DNA of 64,000 nucleotides from Phoronis australis (Eukaryota > Animalia > Phoronida): positions 1,418,357 to 1,482,356 of the forward strand of contig NMRA01000012.1 of the NCBI GenBank assembly GCA_002633005.1. The letters are read 5' to 3'. Positions within the stretch are counted from its first letter, which is position 1. The number at the start of each line of letters is the position of its first letter. Below, piece after piece: positions 36,060-47,885 of this stretch. The notes under the pieces are model-generated. The model was not told where the DNA came from, searched no databases, and worked only from the letters and a program-made list of their open reading frames with translations. Both the position numbers and the translations under genes were made by a program.

Positions 36060-39000
36060 ATTTTGATGTTTTAAGGTGGGGGGGGGGCAAAGGGGCCATG
36101 CTTCTCCTACAAAATTCTCCCACATTCTATTTGGCAGTCCGGGGGTGCGAATATCTGACGGGCAAAATCCTGGCTAATACTCTGCCCGGGCCCCCCTAAC
36201 TCAAAATCCCGGATACGCCCCTGGTAATGACACCAACATTTTATCTTACTCTTTATTAGGTCGCTTCTACGGGTCAATCCACAAAGGTCGCACACTTTTA
36301 ATTTATTGCCATGTTCCTGTGTTTCCTGAGGAGCAATAATGTCAACCATTCCTAAACCTTCCTCACCTGTTTAGATTTGAACTCATTAAATGTATATATA
36401 TATATGTATATTTAGCAGAAGGTATGAGGATTTTTCACGCTTTGTCACTCTGCCAATATTTGAGGAACGTGACCACGTCCTTTTTTGAAAAAATCATCAA
36501 AAGTGAATGGGAACCTTGAGCGTTTTATTGAGAACGGTGAGATTTTTTAGTCTTAAACGATGCACAGTAAAGCCAACTGCATTGGACTGGATTATGTACG
36601 GGTGCCGTTGACATACAACAAATAATTTTGAAATTTGTAGACATTTTTTTGGTTTACAATAATTAAAAGTGTATTTTGCTGTAATTGTTCATTTGTTCTC
36701 AGCGTCATTTTTTCATAAAATACCCATCAAGTAGGGAATATTTAATGACACTGAGACGACCAGACTCCCCAATGCCATGCTGTGGCGCCGTACAGGTCGT
36801 CATCTTCGCCTTCATCCTTAAAGACGATGTTCTATTGTCTCCATTTATTTGAGGGAAATCTCACACTTATTTAATTGTGTGATTAAATGCATATTGTTCT
36901 CAGAAGCAGGGTACTAAGAAAATCTAACATTCCTGATGGTTCATTTTTTTGATGAAAGAAATCTAATGTCTTCTGCGCTGAGAAGGGAATCGTATGAATC
37001 ACAGATTTAGAATAAGTCCTGGTCAATCAATTACATTTCGTTTTTCAACTATGGGTCTTATGAATACGATATATCAGTTGTTTGTTTCGCTAAACTTGAT
37101 AGAAGTATTCATATTTAATATTCACATAAACTGATCAGATTTAGTGAAATCGTGAGATACACAATTTACTACTCCATGCCCACTTCCAATCAAGAACAAC
37201 CTTGAACCATGCTTCTGGTATAAGATCACTCATTAGCATCAATAATCATCCTCTAATAATTTCGGCTCTACAGTTTAGTCACATAATATTCACTAATATG
37301 CCAACAAACATGGTTAATATTTTTCACCATGTCAAGAGTGAACAAAACAATAAAATGTCCAGGTAGGTAACACGATTCTCCTCATAGTACTTGGAGAGTT
37401 ACTAACCGACTGATCACCGAAGATGAAACTTCTCGTCATCGTATTTAAGCTTGATAATTCCGGCTGCTGTATTGTTTTCGACCTCTTGTTATTACCCATC
37501 GTTTGACCATTGAAGTTATGACTTCCTACCGGCGGTATACGACTGTTATTTAATAGAATGTCTCTCGCTGACCAATGACTAGACTTGTTTTAGGAGGGCT
37601 TGTGTATATCCCGTGAAGAAAGACATCTAGGTCTTAGTGTTGTATCCATGTGGTAAACATACATGTGGTTTCCGCATCCTTGTCTTCTGCAGGGCCAGGT
37701 CGCGTTAGACGTCTTAAATGGACACTTTTTTGTGTAAGTAGCCTTATAATTACTGTGTAAAACGGTACGATTTGTAGTAAATCGAAAGAAAGTATTTTAA
37801 GAGTTGGCGTCAAAGGAATTCAGCAAAAGTTTGTACTTGCAGTCTTTCTAGTGGTTAGTGACCACGACCCTCAGAACTAATCTCTGTACTTAAGTCTTTA
37901 TTGGAGGACGACATGTATCTGATTTGGTCCCAGCGCCGTACACTATCCAGAATAGCTTCCTTAAGTACCTTATTGCAAGTTTCTGCATTGCATGTCTCTC
38001 TCTGGCGTATTAAGACCGAAATTGAATTGAAACACAAAAAATCTCATCAGTGTATGGTAACGCGATGAAAGTTTCTTACTCGGTATTGGGAGTTTCTTTT
38101 GAAATATACTATTTTCTAGAAATTTAAATGTATAAATGTGATATGAACAACAAGCAAATCGTCCAATTTACAGGAAACTAAATTCCATGAACTGAACTGA
38201 CCCCCAACTTTCCCTGACTGACACAATAGCCCACATTCGTAAAGGCCCAGTTGCGTTTACATTGGTGCCTGGCAAAATAGACACCCCTGAATATCAATGT
38301 TCACTGTACCAACCTTGAAAAGAAAAAATCCCTTGTTGCATGGAATGAAATGCAGTGTTTAACAATGGTCACGTGACACGTGATGACCTGACATTGTTTG
38401 TATACCGTGAATAAATTTTCTACACCCGAGGTCGAGGTCGAGTAGCGAATTTCTCAAGAAAGCCGTGTTTGTGACTGAATAGCAAATTTTTAAGGCAATA
38501 TTTGGCGTTGCGTTTCATCACTTGATCATGATGAAGATTGACATTCGTTTCAAGTGGTTTACAAATTTTTTCAAAGTGGCCACTGGTGCTCATTTCTCAC
38601 CGGTATTATCACATTTGTCGACCGACTAGCATTGTGGAAAGTTAAAAACATATCAATTTTAATAAAAAAATGTAAAAAATGCATTTAAAAGCACAACTCT
38701 CTACACTGCCTGTAATTGCAAAGCCTGCTTAATATTACTGACAGTGAATTATGAGTAATGATAGAAGTGTAGAAATGAAAAAATAGAAGTATGAATCCCT
38801 AGTGCAAAGTCGCCCTTCCACAGGAAGCGAACGTTCTCCAACAGCACTTGTCTACTAAGTGAGCGATTGATGATCAAGTGAAAAGGACTAATTAAATGGT
38901 CACTTTGAACTGCAACTCTTTTCCTTATTTTTATACATATGAAATATTTGAACATCAAACTAATAGGGACCAAAAATGCTCACGCAATTAATAAAAATGA

Positions 39001-39379
39001 CAATCTACCCCCACATGTTAATTTCAGTACAGTCACTGCAACAATTGCATGCGACCTCACAAAATTGCAGCTAATCGTGTGGCGCTGCATTCGAGATACG
39101 GGGTAAGCAAATTCGCTCCAGGGGACGAACTTACGTCGTTTTTTTTCCTATTGATTTAGTCGTAGCTTACCAAAACCCGCCTGATGAGTTGACTTTGCAG
39201 AGAAAGTTCATCTGGAACCCTGTGGTGAAACTGGGCCAGAAGTTGGACCTGTTATTAAATGGGTGACTCAGATCTATCAGCTTTGTCTCCTCAGACTTGT
39301 CCTCATCATGAGAGTCAACTTGGTACACGGAGCATTACAACACGAGAAGAAAGGCCGCGGCAGTGATGAGCGTGTTCAT
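36060..39379 (-). pseudogene. Cyclase-family pseudogene (copy 3): only exon 1 remains
   Basis: Exon 1 at 39171-39379 has TTA>TAA at codon 15. Deletion junctions at about 36372 and 36073 remove exon 2 and exon 3 relative to copy 2. Confidence 0.88.
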
Positions 39380-39469
39380 GCTGTTCGTTCATGACCCTAA
39401 CTTACTACGGTCTACTAAGCGAGTCACCACACTTATGGAAAAACTGAAAAAGTTGATTTCTCTGAACGA

Positions 39470-39499
39470 TAACCAATCAGGTTGCCGTATTTTGGCTCC
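39470..39499 (-). promoter_or_regulatory. Conserved CCAAT-box promoter block of cyclase copy 3
   Basis: TAACCAATCAGGTTGCCGTATTTTGGCTCC lies about 90 bp upstream of the ATG. Confidence 0.5.
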
Positions 39500-39769
39500 A
39501 GGATGTCAGAAATATTTGATTTACAACTTGGAGGACCGTCCCCTGCTTGGTCGTTGGAATTAATCACGGTGCAGTTCGTTAAAAAGTCGTGCAATTTTTT
39601 AGAATATATTAAGCATGAAAGTTTTGAGACATCCATTTTGAAATATTGAAGAGAAATTAAAACGAACACTGGAGCGACGTTGCGCCCGCATCCCGCTGGC
39701 TTCAGTTTGTCTACTGATGTTATGTTGGGCCTGACAAGTATGCGCCGTCTTAGTCAGATGATGCGGCAT

Positions 39770-39990
39770 ATCAGCAAGGGTTCTATCCCCAAAATGGGAC
39801 AATTGAAACCTGAGACCACCATTTTTATTCAGTGACGACTGTTCTATCGGCTCGTGTAAAGTTTCCTTCACACCTCTCCTAAACCAGCCCTTCTCAAAAT
39901 CCAAGGTGACTACCTCCTCCGTCTGTACCAAAATCCGTGTCCCGTGATCCACTAGGTGACTAAAATAGCGGAATCCTTTGAACTTAACTA
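39770..39990 (-). mobile_element. Penelope-like element fragment (GIY-YIG C-terminal part)
   Basis: SHLVDHG..EEVVTLDFEKGWFRRGVKETLH..EQSSLNKNGGLRFQLS resembles the typical Penelope C-terminus (WF.RGVKEAI..PSLN..GG). Confidence 0.7.
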
Positions 39991-40595
39991 GGGCCACGAC
40001 GTTTAGATCAATGCGCATTATTACTTTTCTCTTTCTTTACAAACTACTTGCCTTTTTGAACAGAGTTTTGTACCTCGGCCGAAATCAGAAAAAATTGTCG
40101 ACGGCACTCGTTTAGTTACGTGACTTGAGTTCCTTGTACGCAAGTTCAGGAACGATTCCTGACTGCCGGTCATGTTATGCTTGAAAACGTATTGATAACA
40201 ACTGAGCATAAAACCGTTGTTTAAGTTTTGGTTATTGAAAGTTGAGACTGCCTGTTAGATACCTACTTAATTACCTGCCAACGCTCTTATTTGTCCAGCA
40301 GTTTCCAATTGTACTTTATCTAGTAGCATCTGTAAAGTTGTCTTTTCCTTTTGGAAAATCGTTACATTTTTGACTTGTTCAATTGACGACGGAACCACTT
40401 GTCTGTTTAGCAAACCACTTGTGTATGTGTCAAATCACCTAATTTGGGACGATTATGAATTTTGAGCCTTTTCACTGCTCGTGCAAAACCACACAAAATA
40501 TGATCAGTCCAGCACTGTAGTCAATGTAATGTGCTAATTCCACAGCACATTTCAAAGCTACAAAATAGATGTTTGCCTCCTTTATATTTATCATA

Positions 40596-40964
40596 CCGGG
40601 AATTTCCGTAGATAAGCCCATGGGCGTGTATTCGCGGAAAATGAAAATTTTCAGGCGTTTTAGCATCACCAAATAAACGTCCGGGCGTTTATTCGGAAAA
40701 CCATATTTTTGCTTGCCTTGACACCCTTTTACTTAAAACTGCGTTTTAATTTTTTGTTAATAAATGCATAATTCGCCTTGTTCGTTTTTATACAAAATAA
40801 ATGCTCCACAAAACTGAATTTGTGACAAAAAGTTGACGCTGAGTGGGCTTTCAGATGTCCCACTGTCTGAACACTTCACAGCATAAGTTTTAATACCAAA
40901 TAAACGCCCATGGGCGTGTATTTAGCATAAAGGCCATGGGCGGGCTTATCTATGGAAAACCCGG
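40596..40964. mobile_element. Tc1/mariner (pogo-like) MITE with TA TSD
   Basis: TA|CCGGGAATTTCCGTAGATAAGCCC ... GGGCTTATCTATGGAAAACCCGG|TA, with internal ACCAAATAAACG.CC..GGGCG repeats. Confidence 0.75.
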
Positions 40965-41844
40965 TAACCCTTATTTGCAAATTTTGGATAGGCAGTTGGA
41001 CTGATTAGTATTAGTTGATCACATTTTTGTAAATGTCACTGCATCCTGAATTTCTACTGAAGAATGTAATTGTATCATTATATGAAGGTGTATACCTTTG
41101 GATGAATGTCTGATTAAATTCTCCACAACAACTGTGAGAGACCCATGGTCTAAAATCTTCGTCATCTGGTCCATACCCTTTTTAATCACCATAACGCCAA
41201 AAATTAATTGACATTGCACATTAATTAGTTGACTAATTAGTTAATTAAGCAGCCAATTAATTCATGAAGGGTTTCATTGTTACGTTCTTTGGTAACACTC
41301 TTGGTTTTAGAATTAGAAATATTTTTAAACCTGTCTTATGCGAAATGATAATTATTTAAGAAAGTAAATTACTTATCTTTTGGTGCTGGTGCACCACGAA
41401 TAATAAAAAATTAATGTGAAGAAAAATGATATTAAATCCAGTTAAATTTGAAAATATTTGGAGTTGCGTTCAATGAATATTATTTGTGTTTAAGTTTCGA
41501 CTGATCTAACTTTGCGTTAAAGTTCGTTTTATGAAGTTTTTAATTAAAATGACTATTTTTAATGAGTAACGCCCGTGTGGAGAGTGAGGGAGGAATATTG
41601 GTACCCCTGCAGAAGCAAACTTTTACTTTCACTCTGTAGTTTTACACCATGTATTTTGTTTCGTTTTGTGTCCCACAGTATTCAGAATAATATTTAAAAA
41701 TTTACAGTGCTACGTATTGAATGGTGAAATTTAATTGTAGCAAAAAGCTTTCAGGCAAAACATAGCAATCATTATGTGCTGGAAGTTGTGTATTCTTGGA
41801 TATATTTCCAACCTATAAAGTCAAATAACAACACGAGCATTTAT

Positions 41845-41846
<2 letters not shown>

Positions 41847-41878
<32 letters not shown>
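41847..41878. repeat. (GT)16 microsatellite
   Basis: Seen directly. Confidence 0.95.
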
Positions 41879-41880
<2 letters not shown>

Positions 41881-44800
41881 GGCACTTAAAAGGTGTCGTG
41901 ACCATGTCTGTACACATGTTTCCCAAAAGTTTACAGGGTCATCGGCAACACGTAGGTATCCAAGTGATTTTCACTTAGCTGCCCGATCAAATCTGTAACC
42001 CTGAGGCAGGTACAAGTCTCACAAAAAACCAACAAAATGTTCAATCTGGACATCCCCCGGGATTATTTTAGAGAAGGTGAAGAGTGAATAATTAAGCCGA
42101 GTTGATGTTTATACATTTTTGACATGAAGCAATACTGCTTTCAAATAGGTGACAAAATATCTTGTTATTGCAGTGACACGGTTCTTTTAAAATTAGAAAT
42201 CGAGCAACACAAATATCTCCTGTGTGAAGTTGCCAGAAGTTGTTTCTACGACAAAACAAGAAAAGGTGGCGCAATTTTTCTTTTCCTTTTAAGACCTTCA
42301 TTTAATGTAAAGTCCCCGGTGCTGTGACTTAGCGTTTAATTATAGACTAACGGAGCTGGAAACTGTGTGTCTAACCATACATGCACCCTGTTAGGCCAGG
42401 TCGAGCTGTCAAGGGCGTATAGACTCTTCAAAGATTATTTTATCTTTTATGTTATGTCAACCAATAGTGCTTTATTTTCAATCATTGTTTCTCAACCAGT
42501 GTTTAAAACTAAATTTGTTTCACTTTTTACACATGACAATTCGTTTCTCTTTGAATAACGAGATGTCTTTTCAAAATAAGATCTATTAAGTAAACAACAT
42601 AAAAACAAGTTCAATTAAATGCGGTCTGCCTCCGCATTAAAAGTAGTACTCGCTCATGCCAGGTCTTATTTTCATTCAAAATTCTTTATTATGATCAAAG
42701 CATTATATTCAAATTGACAAGTTATTGCAGAAAAAATATAATAACTGCACTTCGAGTAATTTCTTTTGAAAATACCAACGAAGGCGCTTTAAATCATTAA
42801 CTTGAGTGTTTTTTCATAAAAGTGGGAAACAGAAAAACATTGCATCCCCTGTCAACTTGAAAATACTAATTGATCTTGTACCCACTGAATGATAAGGCGC
42901 GAGACTGCTGCTGCTGTCCAAGTTTGATTAAAAATTGGTGTTCAAAATAATGCACGTACTGTCCAACAGAGTGTTTTTGATAAAACGTGTTTGATTCAAA
43001 ATTCAGCAATGAAGACCAATGTGTCTAGTTTGACATTCTGCCAACATGATAACTTCTGAAGATGTTAACTTCAAAAATGTAAGTTCACGCTACGTTTGCA
43101 AAAGTCATCCCTTACTAAGTCTTCACTTCAGTCGGACTTTATCACTACCTCAGTTTCTGCACAATCATTGTTTGTACTGGAATTTCACTTCGTTCCAAAG
43201 ATATGCCTTCATAAAATTTGTGTTTACATGCTTGTCAAGTCACGTGTGAAATTACCTGGGAACGCCTCTTTTGTGTATTCTTAAGCCTGGTGGTAAAACT
43301 GAAGTCATAAATTCATGTAGACGCATCGTATCCTGCTCATCTTTTTTTCCAGGCATTGGATCAAGCAGAAGTAAAATGAAGAACGAGGTTTACCTGTCAG
43401 GTATTTTGCACATTTAACTACCACTAGGCACTGCTCGATTTAACTATGTGTCAATATTGTGATGGGTGAGGCATCATCGTCACTATTGGGTAATTACTTA
43501 AAACCTGCTCAGCTGGCTAAAAGCGAGAATCGGATTAAACCGTTTACTCCCATATAACATGTCTCATGATATTCCTTGCCGTGATAGGACTATGTTTCTA
43601 TGGAACCACAGAAACCATCATCGACTCGAGAAAAACTCTTCGGAGTTTAGTGAGATTGGTCATGGCAATATAATCCTATTGTGATAAGGAATATTATGGG
43701 ACGAATTTTGTAAGAGTAAAGGTCTATTGCGTCTTTCAGTTTTCATCCAGATAAACAGGTCGGAATGCAACTTTAACCGATGAACTTCAACTGCACAGTG
43801 AGACCACAGAACCACAATGTTGCTCCGCATGGATAGTGCGTTTTACAGAAAGAACCTATAACATCCCATGTAGTTATTGTTACTGACGGCTGCAACTGTT
43901 CCTTTTATCAGTGGAAAGACTATCTACGTCACACCAGCCTCAAATACAACGCAATCATTTTAACTGATTATGAACACAACGCAGCTAATGAAAATTTAAC
44001 GAATGAATTTGAAATCAGTGTAATGCAACGTCGTTGGTATAGAGTTCTAATCCACAATCTTTACATTACTAGAGGGCGCGCGTGCACTAGTGGCAATAGG
44101 TTAAGCAGCCTCGATTTCGCGAGCTCTTTAATACATGGTGAAATGGCTTTCAGCAGTGCCAACGGAATCTGAGATTGCATGAAAAGGGTGCTTCTACGAG
44201 AGGAAGTAACCATAATCTTATAGAAAGGTAAAGTTTCTGGTTATTTTAACGATTATTCCATATTTACAATACTGATGCCTGTTAACTGAGGTACTGGCCG
44301 ATGTCGACTTCGCGGCAGTCGCCAGTCGGGTTAATCATTGTTTGTTGTGATGTGTGTTACGATACTTGACGTAGCACTCGGGATCTTTTTGTACATCCAA
44401 GCAGTATTATTAATGTTTGGAATGATTTCTAACAGGTTTATCAGTGACAGTTACATCAATCAATGCTGAATGGTTATGTTGTCAACTCGATATTGGTTTG
44501 TGAGGTAAGACTACAATCCAAGCCCAAAGGGTACGTGACAAATATCCATTAAACTATCTATGTACTCTCTATCCTATGTCGTCCGGAAATCTATTACACG
44601 TTGACATAGAAATATGTTTTCACCTGACCTTTGGTTTTTTAGGTTTGAGGACTAGTGCCGTGCAGAGGAGATATCCATCGCTTCTGCAACCGTCCCTGAA
44701 TGGACAGAAATTGGTTTTAAGCAGTTGACTGCAGCCAATCAGCAAAATCATCCTATCCGGTGCAGATCTGTTGTCAAAGCCTACTTTCTATATAGGAGAC

Positions 44801-47800
44801 AAAGAACAAAGCCTTTGAAAAGAGACAGCTATTTTTAAAGAAAGGTATGTAAGTTGTTTGGTCAATTTACTTATTCATGTCCTTAGCTGTAAGTTGGCAT
44901 AGGGGGATGGGGTTGCAAAATTTGGTGCAACTGAATGTGTGGAAATAACAAGTAATAATGTCCGGGAGATAAAGCATGGTGAGGTAATTCTTAATCTTCA
45001 TGAAGTTCTTTCAAGTTTCATGAAACTGTTTTTCTATCCATTGTAAACCCATACAAATATATCACATTTTCTGAATTTTCAATGACTGAACAGTTTTAAT
45101 TCATGCCTTGGAATGTTGCAAGTTGTTTATAAATTCATGTGACTGCCATTTTTGTTAAAATTGCATTCTTGCTGTTAACATACGAGTGAGATCGCATTTG
45201 AGCATACTATTCTTACTGCCATTACGCAAGCCTTAGGACTTTTAATTACGATTAAACAACAGAAAGATTATCCATCATTTTAAAAACTGAACCCAAGTCT
45301 TCATATCTTCTAAGAGAAGCAGTTCCCTCAGCCTTAGACCATAAGTGTGCTTGACAGACCCATGAATTTGTAATGGGTGTTTAAAATTGCTGAAAGTATT
45401 AAGAATCAAAAGGCTTGAAAATGGGTAATAAAAGTTTAAAGTTGTCTCAAATAACTTGCATATTTTGCAGACAAGGTATGCGTTTGAAGAATTATTATGG
45501 CTAGAAATGAAAAATAAAGACGCATTTCTATACAAATCAATACTTATTATATTGTATACACCCTTGATTTCTGGAAACAGTAATTATTTAATTCTGTGTG
45601 AAATTGTAAAGCAGTTACCATCATGTTTTTGAAGAACAAGGGCAACATTTTTGACCCAACCTAATGTACTTAATTATTCATGTTTCAATATTTGTTCCAG
45701 GTTCAGTGACACTTTTGAGGCCACTTCAAGCCGCTACATAGACAAGCTTTGTTACTCCTTTCTCTTCCCACCGCATGTCGTCCACATACCAGCAATACTG
45801 CATGGCACAATGTACAGTGGCCCTGGAGAAATGTGAATCGCAGTACCATAAGAAAATGTGCCAATGAATTGTGTGTGAAGAGGAACTATATCTGACTATT
45901 ACACCAGCCAGCATCGTTGGCGAGGATGCCCTTTCATATGCAATGAGTCATGTGTGGGCAACAATGGCTTATTTCCTTTCCTGGAAGAAACATGAGGGAC
46001 TGAAGCTAAAGAAGACCTAGTAACACTCTGGTCTAGTTCAGAGTCACATTTTGGGCACAAAGCGAGTCAAGTGATATGATGTTGTGTTTACCTTCAAGGA
46101 TCTAATTGTGGACGTTATCGAGGCTGAATGAGGTTACATGAAGGAAAGCCACGTGCCGCAACTGCACCTTTTTTACAAGCGCTTCTATAGGCCATTGAAA
46201 CTCGATCCCAATGAAATGAAAACCAAAAGCACCTGGTATAAATACCTGTGCTTTCTCACTGAGTGACATTATCTTTTCCTTTCAGAAGAAAGGCTTAATA
46301 CTAATGGTATATAATCCAATTTGGTACACATTATGTGGAAATGACATTCAGTGACTGCATCGATTGTCTTATTGTCAGTAAAAAGCCCAGTTAATGTTAC
46401 ACTTTGATGACCGAATAAATTTTTCATCAACCGGCAAGTTTGTCGCTAATTATTCAAACCACAATATTTCTTCAGTTTTAAATCCCCATACTGTGCAGTT
46501 GTGCTGGTTTTTTATCAAGCTGAAGTGATCACCGATTACGCTTGCGAATTATCATAAACAATAATCAGTGTATTTAAAAACAAAAAAACAAAATGGCAAA
46601 CTGAACAACCACACACATACAAAGGAACATTATTTGTTAAAAACAATTGTAATTTCCCCAATGCAACAGAGTCCATAACCAGGACTATCAAAGGCTGACT
46701 TTCTGAATTGAGAGGTTCAGTTCTTTGTCGAAATGTAAAATAGACGGCAAGGCGGCTGGTTTCAGTCGTTTTCTCTCACCTGTAACAGAATAGTCAGAGA
46801 AATATTAGCAAATCATAAAAGACAACACAAGACAAAACTACTTTTGTAAGGCAAAACATATTTGACACTTCATCTTCATGTTTATATGTAGAAACTAATC
46901 AACTTTGTACCCAAGCCTTATTTAAGATTTGAATTAAAATATGTGAAACAGGTTAAAAGTGATTTAAGAATGTGTATTTTTCCTGACACATAAAATGTGT
47001 TTCTGATCTCAACAAATAAAATTCATTCTAGGTGTCAATATTTATTTCCGTGCAATGTTAGCTCATTCATGTTAATTTGGTAGCTATGATCTGGTAGTCC
47101 TGGGGGTGGGGTCCGCTATAAAATAAGGAAACTCGATCATCTAGAAAATTTTATTGGACATATGATAGTTTTGAAGAGTAACTGCTGTGAAAAAAAAACC
47201 CTTGGCTTCTGAGTGGCACGTCCCATACACCTCTTATTTTGGGAGCACTCCCACCCAGCACAATGTATGTGAATATGTTCTGCTAGCCGTTCCAGGTGAG
47301 TTTCTGAAGAGAAACACATAGTTGCACTGAATAAACTCGTTATTCAGTGGGCTAACTGCTGGGGATAACATCAGTAAGCGATGTCGATAGAAACTAATTG
47401 CTAAAAACTTACCAAGTACCGTGATTATGTAGTCTTTCAATGGAAACGCATAGAGCACACACAAGGGGCGTGAGGCTTCGGTATCAACACATTTTTTCTC
47501 ACTTGGTTGACCATTTTGACCGCAATTCTCCATGCCTGTAGTAACCTTAGGTCTTTTGGGAACTTGTGACCACCTCTCGAGGATTTGTCCCCGGGAAAAT
47601 AGCAATAATAAGGCTCAGCGCGACGACATATCTTGATTACAATTCCGTCTTTATACCAGCGACGCATGCGCAATTCAATCACCACTAGTACAGCAGCGAC
47701 GCTTCGCCTAATAATCCCACTGGAACCTGTTTCTCGAAGACCTTTGCACATCTAAACGGACTGAGCGTTCTATTACAGTTTGTACAAACCCATGTGAAAT

Positions 47801-47885
47801 ACTGAGCCAGGTTACTGAAATATTTTAAAAAACAGAACGAGTAGGGCTACTTATAACAAGGCGTTTATAATCGATGAAACTGCTG

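Larger units (their letters stand above)
29664..39541 (+). repeat. Segmental (tandem) duplication of the copy-2 locus (about 8800-22630)
   Basis: Collinear matches: 8800-8850 with 29664-29710, 11491-12040 with 29712-30300, 13230-13690 with 30370-30548 plus 34300-34730, 13852-14234 with 35703-36074, and 19339-22630 with 36372-39541. Confidence 0.9.

Noticed and set aside
29664-39541. Duplicate block as an uncollapsed allelic haplotig
   Set aside because: It is tandem, has many substitutions, carries distinct nested insertions and has a different promoter spacing, which fits a true paralogue. Read depth would be needed to exclude a haplotig fully.
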